Positions 40,387 through 53,158 of a stretch of DNA of 64,000 nt are shown one piece after another (the stretch's first letter is position 1; each line of letters begins with the position of its first letter). Origin of the DNA: Octopus vulgaris (lineage: Eukaryota); the NCBI GenBank assembly GCA_951406725.2, contig OX597823.1:38626001-38690000 (forward strand), written 5' to 3'. The notes under the pieces are model-generated. The model was not told the origin of the DNA. It did no database searches and was given only the letters and a program-made list of their open reading frames with translations. The position numbers were made by a program, and so were the translations under genes.

Positions 40387-43300
40387 GGGTCGACTACAAA
40401 AAGGCGTTTGAGGATCGACTACAAAAAGGCGTTTAAGGATCAACTACAAAAAGGCGTTTAAGGATCGACTACAAAAAGGTGTTTGATAGCATCCCCCACA
40501 CATGGATCCTCGAAACACTAGCCATTAACAAAGTAGCACCAACAATTATAAAATTCATAGGACACTCTATGAATAAATGGCAAACAGTCCTACACCTCCA
40601 AACAAAAGAGGGACTCATGAAAACCAAAGCCATCCCCATAAGAAGAGGAATATTCCAGGGAGACACGCTCTCTCCACTCCTTTTCTGTTTGGCACTGTCA
40701 CCTCTATCTGATATGCTAAATAGAACTGGATGCGGATATAAATGTTATGGCAAAACGATCAGCCACCTTTTATATATGGATGACCTAAAACTATAAGCTG
40801 CAAATGACAAACAGCTGGAAACACTATTAAAGACAGTTCATGGATTTATCAAAGAAATAGATATGAAATTTGGATTAGAGAAATGCGCCAAAGTAACCCT
40901 GAAAAGAGGAAAACTAGTTAAGAGTAGCAACATCACACTAGATAAAACCAATGAAATAAAAGAATTAGACCAAAGCCAAACTTACAAATACTTAGGAATC
41001 CATGAACTAGATAAGACACAACACACACAAATGAAAGAGAAAATAAAAAAAGAATATTATAGATGAGTTAGATCAATGCTAAAAACAAGATAATAGGTAT
41101 TAACACTTTAGCTGTCCCAGTTATAAGTTACAGCTACAATATCCTTAACTGGACACTAAATGAACTGACCAAAATAGATAGGAAAACAAGAAAAATAATG
41201 ACAGGATCTAGGATGCATCACCCAAAATCTGACATATAAAGACTATATATACAACGTATAGAAGGTGGTAGAGGCCTTATACAGCTGGAAAACTACTATA
41301 AAATAACTACCACAGGACTGCAAAAATATCTACTTCAGAAGGAAGGAAAACTGATACAAATAGCGGCAAAACACGAGCAAAACAAAAAACTGTTCTCAGT
41401 ATTTAAGGAAGCTGACAAATACAAACAAGAAATCATACCACCTAATAAATATGAAGAAGAAGAAGAAACAACAAAAGCTATAAAACAAATGAAATCCAAA
41501 CTAAAACTAGAACAGTAAAGAACCATGATAAAACGATGGCAAGAAAAGCCCCTTCATGGTAAATACTGGACTAAACTAAATGCAAAAGAAATAGACAAAG
41601 AAAAATCCCAGCAATGGTTGAGAAGCTCAGGACTCAAAGCAGAGACAGAAGGGTTTTTAATTGCAGCACAAGACCAAAGCCTCCCCACCAGAAATTACCA
41701 AAAACATGTAATGAAAAGAAATATAACAAGTAACTGCAGAATATGTGGAGATGGACAAGAAACAATAAATCATATTATCTCTGGCTGCCCAGTCCTGGCT
41801 AAGAAGGAATATATTCACAGACATGACAGAGTTGGAACCTACATACACTGGAAGCTATGCCAACATTATGGAATAACAACAGAAAGAAGATGGTATAGGC
41901 ACACACCAGAAAAGGTCACAGAAAACGAGAAAGCAACCATACTCTGGGATATGCCGATACACACAGATAGAGAAATTAAGGCCAACAGACCAGATATAGT
42001 TGTCAGAGATCATGAAGAAAAAAGATGCTTTCTAATTGATGTATCAATACCGGCAGATGACAAAGTGTCTCTAAAAGAAATGGAGAAACTTTCAAAATAC
42101 AAAGACCTGGAAATAGAGGTAACCAGAATGTGGAATCTAAAAACAGAAACAATTCCTACCATAATAGGTGCATTAGGCATGATAAAAAAATATTCAGACA
42201 AATACATAACAAAAACACCAGGACTTACAAACACATATAACATACAGAAAATTGCACTACTAGGCACTGCACACATCCTACGCAGAACACTTTCCATACA
42301 ATAACCATCAGAGCATCACAACAAATCACAGCACATACCCAAGGCACACAGAGCTGCGCTCGGTTAAAGTGAAAGCACGCTATAAAAATAAAACTACTGA
42401 ATAATAATAATGATGATGATGATAATACTCTGATGCCATACCAGGCAGTAGCTCTCATGGCTTCTGGTCTTAACTGATTGTAAGTGTTCACATGTACATG
42501 TTTTGTCTTGGTGTAAAAGATGGGTCACAGCAAATATTCTGCTCAATACCACAGATTTGTTTGTCAGTTGCTTGATCTTCACCAGCTGAGCATGTCCCTT
42601 AGTGGCTGACAATATGTGCATCTCTAATTACAAGCAATAGTGGGGGAGTATCATAGCCATGTGTTGAGAGGAATTCTTTGGGGTTTGAATAATTCACCCC
42701 TGGAAACAGTATTGTTTCTTTCATCATCCTTAAATAAACATATCATGCACATATGGTTGTGATGTATGTGCCTGGTGTACCCTTATCAGACAGGTAGTCA
42801 TGATGGATATATTGGGTTTCATGTATTGGTACCCCACGGTCACTTAGATAGCATGTGCTACTCTTTCACTCAACAATAATAATAATAAAAATAATTACAG
42901 TCATGAAGAAGTTTATAATATGTGTTAAAGTCATTTACATTAAATTACTCACCATAAACAAATGGATGTTCCTAAGTTTATATAAGGTGTTTTCTCCAAT
43001 GCACAGTCTTAACAAATCATAACGGTCATTCCTTGAAGAGAACAAGCATCAACACATTTTTATAAAGAGAAAGAAACATTAATGGGTAATGTTTTACAAC
43101 AGACTTAAACTTTTAACACAAAGGAATCCCTTTCTTCTACTGTTAGGGAAGATTCAAAATGAAAAGTATTGATTTCTTGATCAAATTAACGACTTGGAGT
43201 AGTAATGGGCTGTGCAAATAGAGGAGTTCATACATTGATGCAGCTCAATCTGTTTAATATAGGACTTGAGTCTCTCTCAATAAACTTCCTGATCATTTTT

Positions 43301-45749
43301 CAAACAAAGATCACAACATGTTATATGTTCCATATCTTAAATGATCACGAAGAAGAATCATTGATCACAACCAGAAATACTACTTCAAGGTTTCATGTGA
43401 TTAACTACCTCTTGACCATTTGTTTATAAACAGAGTTGACTAAGAATAAGACCAAACAATCAAACTTCATCGGACACTATGTTAAAATTTGAGACAGCTA
43501 ATAAGTGCCATTCCTATCTGGGAGATTGTTCTAGAATTTAATGAAAGCAGATTAAAGATTTTACTTTATGTCAACAAAATGACATAAAAGATAATATATG
43601 GCCCGTTTTTTGTTACCTTGATAGTCAGAAGAAGAGGAACTGGTGATCAGTAATACCTGTGAAGCACCAAGAAGTATCGGAGAGTAATCTCTGCTACTTC
43701 TCAGTGCTATGCACATATATACATACACACAAGTATATATCTGTGTTTGATTTTATGTATAGTTGTTACAAAAACAGTCAAATATTAATTGAAGGATCCT
43801 CCAATACAATTAAGTAGAAATCCTCACGCTTATTTTTACAAGTAAAAGGTTGACAGTGTCTTCAAAGTCTCTGATAAGTTGCCTACATAAGACTGTAAAG
43901 TATTTTGGTTCACCAAATAATATACATATTGTTGGTTCATCTTGTGGGTAAGTCACAGTAGTTGTAAGGTAAGTGAGATTTAATATTGATTTTTGTGACA
44001 TATCAACTCTGAAAGATGAAAGACAAAGTTGACCTCAGTGGGATTTGAAGCACAAGACATACTTTTCGATATTTTAAGGACACAGATCAGTTACCATTTA
44101 GCTGCTGCATATATGTTGTTGTTGCTTAGCCCCAGGTCAGCCCTCCTGCATTTCCCTAGAGTCGTTGCATTTAGCTCCATATCATTCAATGTAGCTTACA
44201 TTTTAAAATGGTTGGGTGTCCTTTGAAGGAGATTTAGTTGCTATTCCTAGCAGGATAAGTAACTATACAGAAGGCTTTCTGTGTCTTTTGAAGGAGATTT
44301 GTTTGTTATTCCTAGCAGTTTGAACCCTTATACAAGTGGTGTCTTCCTGCTGGTTTGCTGTGTGGCAGTGAAATGTCTGTGTTGTTATATTGACACAGAA
44401 CAGAACTTTAATAAAATTGAAGAATTATATAAAAATAACAGAAATGGTTGTGGTTAACAGTAAAAACTGAAAAGAATTTGAATGAAAATATTAACTGACA
44501 GCCAATTGTTTCACTTACTTTGGATAGAAGCTGTTATCAGGGGCATCATTTAACATCACATCTGTCACATCTAAATAAAACTGTCAAAGAACAAACACCA
44601 ACATAAAAATAAATAATAATAATAATAATAATAATAATAAGACACAGAAACACTAATACAACCCAGTAGGACAACAGAAAAATAACTGTAAAAGACTGGA
44701 ATATCTAGTTTCCTGTGAGTATTTTGAATTTCCCTCAAAATAAGTTAAGGAACTTACATATCTACAATAAACAATCAGCTTTGAAACTTTTAATATTTAC
44801 ACCTTCTGTGAATACCTTTCATCCCCCCCCCCCCCCACTGAGTATTCGAAAATGTAAACAACCTCTTTATTTCAAGAACACTACAGTTTTCTCTGTTCTG
44901 ACAGACAAAAGATCATCTCCAGCAAATTTTTAAAACTTCATATCTACAATTTTCTGTGAAAAAATTTTAACTTCCTTTTCTTTCCATTCCTTTTTACCTA
45001 AATATTAAAAAATGGAAACAGCCTTTTTATTGAAAAAAAAAAAAAACACCACAGTTTTCTCTGAATAAACATTTATAAATATCTCCAATTTTGTGTGAAC
45101 ATTTTATCTTCCCTTCTTCCCTGACTAACAGAATATGTAAACATGCCTTTTATTGTAACAACACAATTAAATGCACGATAAAAAATTAAGGAAGTAAGCA
45201 CCTGCCAATATATACATACTACACAACTAAAGATCTCTAAACCACAGCAAAACTTTTTTTAAAAAAAGAAAAATTCCAAAAGAAAAAGAAATTCAGAAAT
45301 TCAAACATCCAACAAGGTGAACATATCTTCTTCCAACTATTTCCAACTATTTCTACAATTTCCTGTGAATATTTTAAAACTCCCTCAAAATAAAATAAGT
45401 TAGGAAACTTACATACCTAGGGCTTTCAAACACACAAACGATCAGCTTAAAAAAAAGAAAACCTTTAATATCTACAACTTATGTGTGAATACTTATCCTT
45501 TCTTCTCTCCCTGAGTATTCGAAAATGTAAACATCATCCTCATTTTTATTCTAAGAACATTACCATTTCTCTCTGTGTGGTCATACAAAAGACCATATTT
45601 AGTAAATATTAAAACTTTACTATCTACAATTTGTTTTCTTTTCTTTTTTACTCTCCCTGAGTATTCGAAAATGTAAACACACCTTTTATTGCAACAACAC
45701 AACTGAATTCAGAAATTCAAAAATTCAACAATGTGAATAGCAGTATATA

Positions 45750-45786
<37 letters not shown>

Positions 45787-48700
45787 ATGCATGTATGTAT
45801 GTATGTATATATATATATACTAGCAGCATAGCCCGGCGTTGCACGGGTATGTAAGAGCCCCTAGTAGGCAACGACTAATCCCAATCTAGTCCTTTCCCTC
45901 TAGGGAACGAAGGCGCATGTGTAGGTTGCAATGACTTCTCTTCACTCCCAAATAACTATCAAACAGCTATCGATAATTCAACCCAACCAATTCCTACCAG
46001 GAAGAAATTACATTCAAGACTTTACCCCCAACTTCTGCTAATAGCTGCTGCAGCCGCAAGTTATTTGAATCTTTTTTTTGTTTAAACTTTCTTTATAACT
46101 ACCACCCCAAACGTTTTACCTTAAATTTTTGACGCACCCTAAGGGTCCTCGGACACTACTTGCAAACTCTTGGTTTATCATAAACCGCTTTTGTCGTGTG
46201 CACCAAAAAACCTTTTCCATTTGTTTGTTCAGTTTGGTCACTTTTGACTTTTACGTTGTTGTCACTCACATTGCTGCCCACTTTTTTGCCGTTTTTGTAC
46301 ATTTTTATAGATTTTGGGATACTTACCCCACGTGTTCCGAGAGTTAAAAAGGTCAAGTTGCGTCCCCTAGACAGTCTGTGGTTTGTGTTTAATACACAAA
46401 TTGGTTTGCTATGTGTGCCACATATGATTTAATTAACCGATTTTTTCCAGTAATAAAGAATCCTATTGGAATAAAAAGGGCCATATAGCTCCTTGGAGCA
46501 GACATGATGCTCACTGTGAATTAAAAAAAAAATTCCTGCCAATTTGTGAAAGATATTGTCGAAAATATGTCATCTTGAATTTGAACCCGATTTCCCAAAA
46601 TGGCATGATCTTTATCGCTTTTTTCTGATGGTAGGGTATTGCATGGAAAACTAATGTCAGAATTAAGTTTCTTAGGGTAACATTAAGCTTCACCATGAGT
46701 TTGGTGAAAATCGATTGCAAATTGCAAAAACTACAACAGAAAATGTGTTGCATATAAAAAGCTTAGATTCTCGACCCCATGTCGAATCTATCGATTTTTT
46801 TCAGAACTGGGGGAACTTTACAAAATTTTCGCTGCATTAGTTTTGAATTATGACATTGGGCTATGTGTGTGTCAAGTTTCATCAGAATTGGTTGAAAGCC
46901 GTGGTCAGGGTGAGGGTACAACCTGACAGACACACAGACAGACAAACTGCCGTTTATATAGAGAGAGATATATATGTGTGTGTGTGTGTGTGTATGTGAG
47001 TATGTATATATATATATTATTGTTGTTTTTTCTAACAGTAATTATAAGAAGAACAGGTTGAATTGCTTCTTTTCAAGGCAGGGCTCTAAGTAGCACTGGT
47101 AGTAGTAAACACATTTGACCTCTGCTGACCCAAAGGGTCCGAAGATTCTTTTGTCTCTATGGCTGACCTCCCCACAATCTGCTGAATTTATTTATAGACC
47201 TGTAGATTATGATCTATCCTCCAACAATGGTAGTGGTGGTGATAATGATAAAAATAAAAATAATAATAATATTCTGCAGCAGCTAATACTAAATACTACT
47301 AATACTGCAATAATACTACAACTACTACTATTATGATAGCACAGGAATCTGAGGCCCAACTACCACCCTTATCACTACCCCCACTCCCGCTGCCGTTGCT
47401 GTTGCTGCTACTACTGCACATAAAAACAATAATATCATTTAATTAAACAATGTAAGTATTCAGTCACATATAGAATTTTTAAAATTAAATTGACAATGTT
47501 CATTTCTATACTTATTCCATTTGCCAACATTACAAACAGGGTAGGTATATAGACAGAGAGGTGAATTTCATCAGTAAAAAACTGTAGTAGAAAATCTTTA
47601 CTCATGGGTAGATTTCCTATCACTGAATTTACTTTGTTATTTAGACTTACCAATGGGGAGGGGGTTTTCTATTAAGTTCAGTGGAGACAATCAAGAAATT
47701 TTCTACCTATAGATAGAAGAAGGGGTAGTTTAAATGGCTGAGCCATAAATCCAACCCTTTCATGAGGAATTTAACTTAAATCTGCCCATGAGTAAAGATC
47801 TTCTACTACCATGTTTCTATTGATGAGATTCAACTCTGTCTATATACCTACCCTCTTTGTAATGCTGGCAAATGGAATAAGTATAAAAATGAACATTGTC
47901 AATTTAATTTTAAAAATTCCATATGTAGCTGAAGAGTGCTCTACATTTTAAAACTGATGTAATACTTACATTGTTTAATTAAATGAAGTAGCATGAAACG
48001 ATTGTACTACACTACCTTTGGATATCCTTGTTGCTTATTTTGATTATGGAATTTGTATCCTTGTGGTAGTGCCGGTGGCACACGAGAAAACCATCCGAAC
48101 GTGGCCGTAACCAGTGCCGCACCGACTGGCCTCCATGCTGTGGGCACATAGCAATCACCATCCGATCGTGGCCGATCGCCAGCCTCATCAGGCTCCTGTG
48201 TCGGTGGCACATAAAAAACACCATCCGAGCGTGGTCGTCTGCTAGCCTTGTCTGGCACCTGTATCGGTGGCACATAAAAACACCATCCGAGCGTGGCCGT
48301 TCGCCAGCCTCGTCTGGCACCTGTGTCGGTGACACATAAAAACACCATCCGAGCGTGGCCGTTCGCCAGCCTCGTCTGGCACCTGTGTCGGTGGCACATA
48401 AAATCACCCACTACACTCTCGGAGTGGTTGGCATTAGGAAGGGCATCCAGCTGTAGAAACACTGCCAGATCTGACTGGCCTGGTGCAGCCTTCGGGCTCC
48501 CCAGACCCCAGTTGAACCGTCCAACCCATGCTAGCATGGAAAGCGGACGTTAAATGATGATGATATATATACACACACACACACACACACCTAAATACTT
48601 AAATATATGTGTGTATGTATGTCTGTCTGTCTGTCACTACTTACCCATTGGCTCAGTGGGGTAAATTTGCCTGTGATTGCTTTAAGAACTTCTTGAGCCA

Positions 48701-49522
48701 TAAATCCTCCAAGAACTGCACAGAGAGGAGGGAGACAACCTTTACATGTGAATGCCAGCTTCTGGATAAGGCTTTCGTCAAGTTCCTCCTGAAATAATAA
48801 TGATAGCTTTTACAAATGATTTATTAACTGAAAAACCACTTGTAAGACAGAATTAGTCAAAAGCTGGCATTGGTAAACAATGAGTAAAAGCCAAAACAAA
48901 ATTCAAGTAAGAATTAAGTATAATCACAGACCTTTATGGACATAGAAGAATGTATTTCTTTGGCTTTTGATAGCAACAACTCAGCATCATCAGAACATCT
49001 AGAAAGACAAAAGACAAAATAAGATACATTTTTTTTTTTACATTTACAAAATTGACTGAAGTCATTATTGCTTATTGACCATTGTTATCAATTCCATTCC
49101 TGCACATCCCAAAATATACTCCTGCATTAAATTCACTTTTAATGTAAATAATACACACACACACATATATATATATATAAACATGGCTGTATAGTAAGAA
49201 GCTTGCTTCTCAACTGCATGGTTCCAGTTTCAGTCCCCTTGCGTGGCACCTTGAGCAAGTGTCAGCCTCAGGCTGACAAAAGCCTTGTTAGTGGATTTGG
49301 TAGACAGAAACTGAAAGAAGCCCGTTGCATATATGTATATATATGTATATATTTATGTATGTTTTGTGTCTGTGTTTGACTCCTGCCGCCATTGTCTGGT
49401 GTGTTTACATCCCTGTAACTTAGCAGTTTGGTAAAAGAATAAAAGAATAAAAGAATATATATATATGTATATATGTATATACACATATATATATGTGTGT
49501 GTATGCATATATATATATGCAT

Positions 49523-49555
<33 letters not shown>

Positions 49556-49560
49556 CACAC

Positions 49561-49623
<63 letters not shown>

Positions 49624-50785
49624 CTAAACCTCGCTAAGATAAGTATTTATTTATATTTAAGATCTTCAAATTGTAAATTTTAATATTGTATAAGTCTTTG
49701 GTGTAATAATATTTTCCTTATGTAAATATCGTTGTTTATATAATGATCTAATTATCGTAATTTTCTATATTATTAGATATTAAATTTAAGTTTATTCGTA
49801 AGATACTACTTAGTGATAGATTTGTTGTTTGATAGCAAGTATACGAGGTGTATAAAGTTAGGCTTTTGTATATACATGTTTTAATAGTATTAATTGTAGT
49901 TTTAAATTTCTTATAATTAAATTAGATAAACTTTGATAAACTTAGATATGTTTCGACTAAAGATTGGTCCAGGCCATGTCTAATTTAATAGCATAACTTA
50001 GTTATTGTTTTTTTAAATTGATATTCGCTAGTTATTCCCATTGATAATTATATTTATAGTATTTATAGTATTTATTTGATACTATATTACTACGAATTGA
50101 TTATTTCTATAAGTATTTTACATAAGATTTCCGAAAGTTCGTTTAAGTTTGTTTATTTGTATTTTGAAATTAGCTATTTCATCTTTAAATATGAAAAATT
50201 AATTTATTAGGTTTTTATTATATGTGCATATATATTTATTTATAGAGATTATTTTAGATCTTAATTATAATATTTATATACATTTATATATTTTCATTGA
50301 TAATTTATATATAATAGTCATTTTTAAATATTTATGTAATTAGATATAGATTAATACCGATATTAGATTATTGGTGGGTTTCCTACCTTATAAATTAAAA
50401 TTAATATTTAACATTATAGTCGATTTTGATATAATCATAATTGTTAAGTTTTATGTTTCTAGTTTGATAATAGAGTTTATTATAAGTAAAATTATTATAT
50501 TATTTATATCTTAAAAATATTGTTTAAATATTTCTGATTATTTTTTAGATATTTCAATTAACCTGAAGATTGACTGTAACCATAACTCGAATTATTAATT
50601 GAATTTAAATTATTGTTATTCGAATTGTACAGCCATGAAACGATCGTAGTGTTTTACTCTTTATCTTTTATTAAACTTTTAATACTTTTGATATATATTT
50701 AAAATAATATAAATTAAATTAATTTTATGTATTGGCTTATGTTTTTCTTTGTTTGATTTGCCTAATAGTAGTTTTATCCCTAATG

Positions 50786-50837
<52 letters not shown>

Positions 50838-53119
50838 ATATATATAAAACTGAAATTTTAAGATTTATGGAGGGACAGTATGAATGAAAAAGTTAAAAGA
50901 GGTTGTACTATTGTTTTTAAATTGAGTTTCATTTTATGTTTGAAAATAAAGTAACTCATGATTGTAATTGTGATCATTGATTTCCAAAATTTTTTCATTT
51001 TTTACTTTCAATGCTTCTCCCATCATTTTTAAGTGTGTAGTGCAAAGAAAAATTTCCAAACATTTTTTTTACTACAAAGACATTTTCCATTGTTTTTAAG
51101 TGCATGGTGCAAAACAAGATCAGTCCAGAAGGCTAAGCAGGGTGTCAAAATTGAAAAAGTGTTTTCATAACAAGCTCCCCTTGGTGTGGTGTAAAATAAA
51201 TATATATAAAATATATATAAAACTGAGAATGTGTGTGTTTGTGTGTGTGTAAACCCGCAGAACCTCTGAAGTTCACAACTGATTTTTTCCAAACTGGGAA
51301 CATACATTATTTATGTTCCAGAGATGGTTTTAGACTCTTAAAGCTTTTCACATAATGTGTAATGGGACCTCTGGGGACAGAAGACCCCCTTTCTTGGGGT
51401 ATGTACGACTGCCTGCATGGTCCACACATTACTTCTGTTCAAACTGGAAAAAAACAGCTACTGAAGTGATATATGTAAGTTGTATTAAATGGCTGAACCG
51501 ATGGAGACTTCAAACTGCATTGTTTAAGTGGTAGCAATAATAAACTGTTCTTGCACTACCATAGGAACCAAGTTGTTGGAATAAAAACCGTTTGGAATGA
51601 CTATGTTTATTATGAAAAATATGTGAAAATATGTTAAATCCTGAGCAACTATTCAACTATTTTCTTTTAGTTTCAGTATCAAAGTCTTCCTTCTAAGCAT
51701 AAATGAAGCCCATACAAATGTTCTTCAGTTATTGATTACAAACCAAACTAGAAAAGCACTTGGAGAGCACAGACCTCCACCATGCAGCTCATTTTAAGAT
51801 AGATGCGCGAGTAAAATTACTAATAGAGAAACGATAATAAACTTTGGAAACAGCAGCGCCACCATAGATTACATGGAAATGATGAATGTGTTTTCAAGTA
51901 AGATAATCAAGGAACGTAACATTGTAATACTTCATGTAAAGTAAATATAACAAATGAAAAATCCTTCAAGAATCCATAAAATTTCCCGGATCATTACCAA
52001 AATTTCATCATCTATTCTTTGTGTCATCAACTTTTCCTGCAAGTTTCATCAAATACCGTTTGCAACTTTTTGAGTTATTTTTCCCACAGACGGACAGACA
52101 GACAAACCAACGCCGATGAAAACATAACCTCCTTCCTTGGCGGAGGTAAATATAGCATGTGCATTAACCTACTAGTTTACAGTGTCTAAGACCCAACTAC
52201 GTTAGTCAGAGACTTTGTCCTTAATGTGATCTTGTTGTGTCCAGACGCTGCATGCAGAATTGTTTTTGTTTGGGAGCTGAGTTGTCCTTACAATGGTTGC
52301 ATGCTGTTTACATGAAGGAATGCACGGTTGAGCCCTGACTATTGATTCCAAACCAAAATATTGCATGTTCTTAAAGCACTTCCTTGCTAATCATCCCCAC
52401 TTACAACATCATTTCTTTCATGTAGATTTCTCTCATATGGTGTTGTTGAGTGTACCCACAAGTTTAGTTTATCACATAGATGTAGTTCCTATGTTTGGCT
52501 GATTGTTCAGTGTGGTAATGGCAGCACCAACAGCCACAAAGGAGAGTATATCCACTGAAAGCTTTTTGGTGCATTCAAAAATCACATATACCCACCCACT
52601 TTTCCACGACAAGGTTAGGGCCTGGAATCTTCCAAACAGACACATGACATGTCACTTAGTCAAATTAGCCCTTCTCCACATATGTTTTGTCATCAATGTT
52701 GCACTTCCCTGTATCACATATTTCAACTTAACTGTACCATATATATAAACTATGCCATTTACATCCCAAGCAATGCCGAGTACGTCTGCTAATATATATA
52801 TATTATATATAGATATATATATATATATATATATATATAAGTTATGAGAGGTAATGGTGTCATTGAGACCCAAAGGTATCAGGTAATGCTGAATAAGTGT
52901 CTATAGATAGACAATATCCCTACATATCTCACATCTATTTTCATTCCTCTACCTCACTCTCTATTTCGTATCTTATCTAAATTAAGTATTACTTAACCAT
53001 CCTCTCACACTGTCTTTGATGAAGGGATATAATAAATATCCTGGAAACAGCTGTAAGACCTATCTATAAATGTTCTAAAATCTACACAGCCTTGGTTTTT
53101 TATCTAATTACGAAAAACA

Positions 53120-53158
<39 letters not shown>

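Noticed and set aside
46156-46356. ORF inside the Helitron as a Rep/helicase or captured gene
   Set aside because: No recognisable HUH or Pif1 motifs.
47928-47965. CTGAAGA...AAAAC as a hammerhead in the 47436 fold-back
   Set aside because: No convincing helix II or GAAA.
48007-48537. 176-aa repetitive ORF and a CRISPR-like look of the ~58-bp units
   Set aside because: Contiguous tandem units without unique spacers inside an RTE 3' UTR; eukaryotic context and no cas genes.
52200-52700. Minus-strand GWVYVIFEC stretch suggesting an RRM/CPEB fragment or a LINE ORF1 remnant
   Set aside because: Too degraded, with stops and no splice support; cannot be assigned by eye.
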